From positions 23,628 through 87,627 of the forward strand of contig CAZVNJ010000004.1 of NCBI GenBank assembly GCA_964628985.1: 64,000 bases of DNA, read 5' to 3'. This DNA is from an uncultured Dehalococcoides sp. GTDB lineage: Bacteria > Chloroflexota > Dehalococcoidia > UBA2979. Below the pieces are notes generated by a model. That model did no database searches and was not told the origin of the DNA. It worked only from the letters and a program-made list of their open reading frames with translations. The translations under genes were made by a program, and so were the position numbers. Positions 62,193 to 64,000 of this stretch are shown one piece after another; within the stretch, counting starts at the first letter, position 1, and each line of letters opens with the position of its first letter.

Positions 62193-63455
62193 TCAGGGGA
62201 TCGCCGGCGGCAGGGGCGGCTCGACTGCGATCGGATGGGCCTCGGCAGCGGCGGAGGCGTGATCTCCAGCTCGCCACCAGATGAGAAAGATGGTGATGGA
62301 GGCGAGCGCCAGTCCAGTCGCGGCGATGGCGAGGCCAGCGCCCAGGCCGCGTCGATCGATCGCGAGGCCAAACACTGGCAGGACGGCGAATGACGTGAGA
62401 TGGACGAGGACGGACGCGACGGAGAGCGCCGTCGCGCGGATCTGGTCGTCGACCCGGCGAGCGATGTAGTCGGAGACGTAGGGCCAGAGGACGTTCCAGC
62501 CGAGGGACGGCAGGATGAACAGCGGGTAGAGCCAGATCAGGCCGCCAACTCCCGCCAGCAGCGCGAGAGCGCTCACCAGCGGCATCGTGAGGAAGATCAG
62601 GACGAGCCCGATGCGGCGCCCGAGGCGGTCCGCGATCGCGGCGCTCAGTGCCGAGAAGCCGAGCTGGGAACCGACGAAGAGGCCTAGTGACCAGACCGGG
62701 ACTCCATAGGAGAGCGCGACGGGCTGCTGCGCGATCCCCATCGTCTGGATCGCGGCCGTGGTGAGCGCCATGAGCAGTGCGGTAGTGAGCAGCGTCCGCC
62801 GCCCGAGCACCTCGCGCGTCGCGCGCTTGCCGATCCGCATGAACGTGTGACGCTCGCCCTCGCGCGGTGGGTCGACGAGGCGAAAGGCGAGCAGCACGCC
62901 GACGATCGAGATCAGTCCAGAGAGCACGAAAGGCCACGAGAGGGGCACCCAGCGCACGAGGAGCGCGCCGGCGACCGTGTAGATCGCCGTGGAGCCGCCG
63001 CCGATCACGAGTTCGCGCGCCTGCCAGCGAGAGAATTCGTCGTCGCGGCCGAGCCCCTTCAAGGTGTCGAAGAGGATCGCGCTGTCGGCGCCGGAGAAGA
63101 ACGCGTCGGCCACCGAGAACATCGCGTACGAGAGGAGCAGGATCGGGATCGTGGTACCGAGGCCGAAGGTGAGCATCGCACCGACGGCGACCATGGACCC
63201 CAGGATGACGCTGAGGCGCCGGCCCCAGCGGTCGGCCATCATCCCGGTGGGCACTTCACCGGCGATGATGACCGCGGAGTAAATCGCCTGGAAGAGGAGG
63301 ACTTCTCCGAGGGTGATGCCGCGTTCCTGGGTGAGGTAGACCACCCAGATCGCCTCACCCAGCCAGACCCAGCGGGTCGCCCACCAGAGCGGGAGGATGC
63401 GGAGATTGCGCTCCAGCGCCTGGCGAGGGGCGTCGTCGGCCGCCGAGGGCAGCAT
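62193..63455 (-). CDS. MFS transporter
   Basis: 420-aa polytopic protein with a GMMADRWGRR loop motif. Confidence 0.8.
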   Translation of the reverse strand: MLPSAADDAPRQALERNLRILPLWWATRWVWLGEAIWVVYLTQERGITLGEVLLFQAIYSAVIIAGEVPTGMMADRWGRRLSVILGSMVAVGAMLTFGLGTTIPILLLSYAMFSVADAFFSGADSAILFDTLKGLGRDDEFSRWQARELVIGGGSTAIYTVAGALLVRWVPLSWPFVLSGLISIVGVLLAFRLVDPPREGERHTFMRIGKRATREVLGRRTLLTTALLMALTTAAIQTMGIAQQPVALSYGVPVWSLGLFVGSQLGFSALSAAIADRLGRRIGLVLIFLTMPLVSALALLAGVGGLIWLYPLFILPSLGWNVLWPYVSDYIARRVDDQIRATALSVASVLVHLTSFAVLPVFGLAIDRRGLGAGLAIAATGLALASITIFLIWWRAGDHASAAAEAHPIAVEPPLPPAIP

Positions 63456-63461
63456 GGGGCG

Positions 63462-64000
63462 CTACGGGAAGAGGTCGAGCGCCTGTTCGCGCACGATCTC
63501 CTGGGCCGAGCCTTCGCCCGGCTGGTAGGGGAACCCACGCACGATGGCGGCCGGGACCGCGTCCAGCTTGCCCATCACCATCTCGGCTGCGCCGGCGATC
63601 TCGTCGGCGTCGCAGATCATCGTGACCCGCAGGATGTGCCCGTCCAGATCTGCCTTGCCGACGTAGTCGCGCATCGCCAGCATCCCGGCGACCCCGATGG
63701 CGATGTTGGTCTGTCCGAGTCGCCACGGTCGGCCGAAGGTGTCCGACATCACGACGGCGACCTCGATGCCGGCGCGCGTGCGGATCGCGTCCCGGATCGC
63801 GCGACAGGAGGCGTCCGGGTCCACGGGCAGGAGGCAGACGAGGCCCTCGCCGCCGACGTTGGAGGCGTCCACGCCGGCGTTCGCGCACTTGAAGCCGTGG
63901 TGGGTCTCCGTGATGAGGATGGGGCCGACCTGGCGGATGATCCGCTTCGACTCGCGCAGCACCGCCTCGACGACGTGCGGGTCCTTCTCCCAGCGGGCGG
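63462..64000 (-). CDS. cofE: Coenzyme F420-0:L-glutamate ligase (C-terminal part; gene starts beyond the window end)
   Basis: ITETHHGFKCANAGVDASNV, VMSDTFGRPWRLGQTNIAIG and ADEIAGAAEMVMGK motifs. Confidence 0.8.
   Translation of the reverse strand, partial: ARWEKDPHVVEAVLRESKRIIRQVGPILITETHHGFKCANAGVDASNVGGEGLVCLLPVDPDASCRAIRDAIRTRAGIEVAVVMSDTFGRPWRLGQTNIAIGVAGMLAMRDYVGKADLDGHILRVTMICDADEIAGAAEMVMGKLDAVPAAIVRGFPYQPGEGSAQEIVREQALDLFP

Overview
High-G+C bacterial chromosomal segment with GGAGG-type ribosome-binding sites and many 4-nt start/stop overlaps. F420-linked genes (cofE, an LLM-class oxidoreductase, a DDN-like reductase) and a GAAC-N4-GTTC SOS box suggest Chloroflexota or Actinomycetota, but I cannot fix the taxon. 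The core content is a split transketolase, MFS transporters, glycerate kinase, HU, and an 11-gene nuoABCDHIJKLMN operon with no nuoEFG. It also holds a heterodimeric ABC exporter, ruvB, lexA, aroA, holA and the start of cofE. The most unusual feature is a structural-genes-only phage-like element in two convergent halves. The first half is terminase and portal at 24.8-29.2 kb (+). The second is scaffold-like, HK97-type capsid, adaptor-like and BNR tail-like genes at 47.0-38.7 kb (-). About 10 kb of housekeeping genes lies between them, and each half starts just downstream of a perfect GAAC-N4-GTTC palindrome. The same palindrome sits in front of ruvB, which serves as an internal positive control. 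It occurs twice in a near-consensus promoter driving a 60-aa Cys-rich microprotein. I found no integrase, replication, repressor, tail-tube or endolysin genes, so a LexA-wired domesticated or GTA-like particle is a hypothesis worth testing. Other notable items follow. One is an 891-aa Pro/Gly-rich exported protein with nested repeats and ordered Phe motifs. Another is a three-hairpin repeat family (7 full or partial copies between 41.6 and 52.2 kb) with compensatory stem changes. A lower-G+C AIPR abortive-infection island sits between the scaffold and capsid genes. There is also an Ltp/Imm superinfection-exclusion cluster next to an IS5-family fragment. All functional calls rest on my reading of the translated ORFs and motifs; no database search was run.
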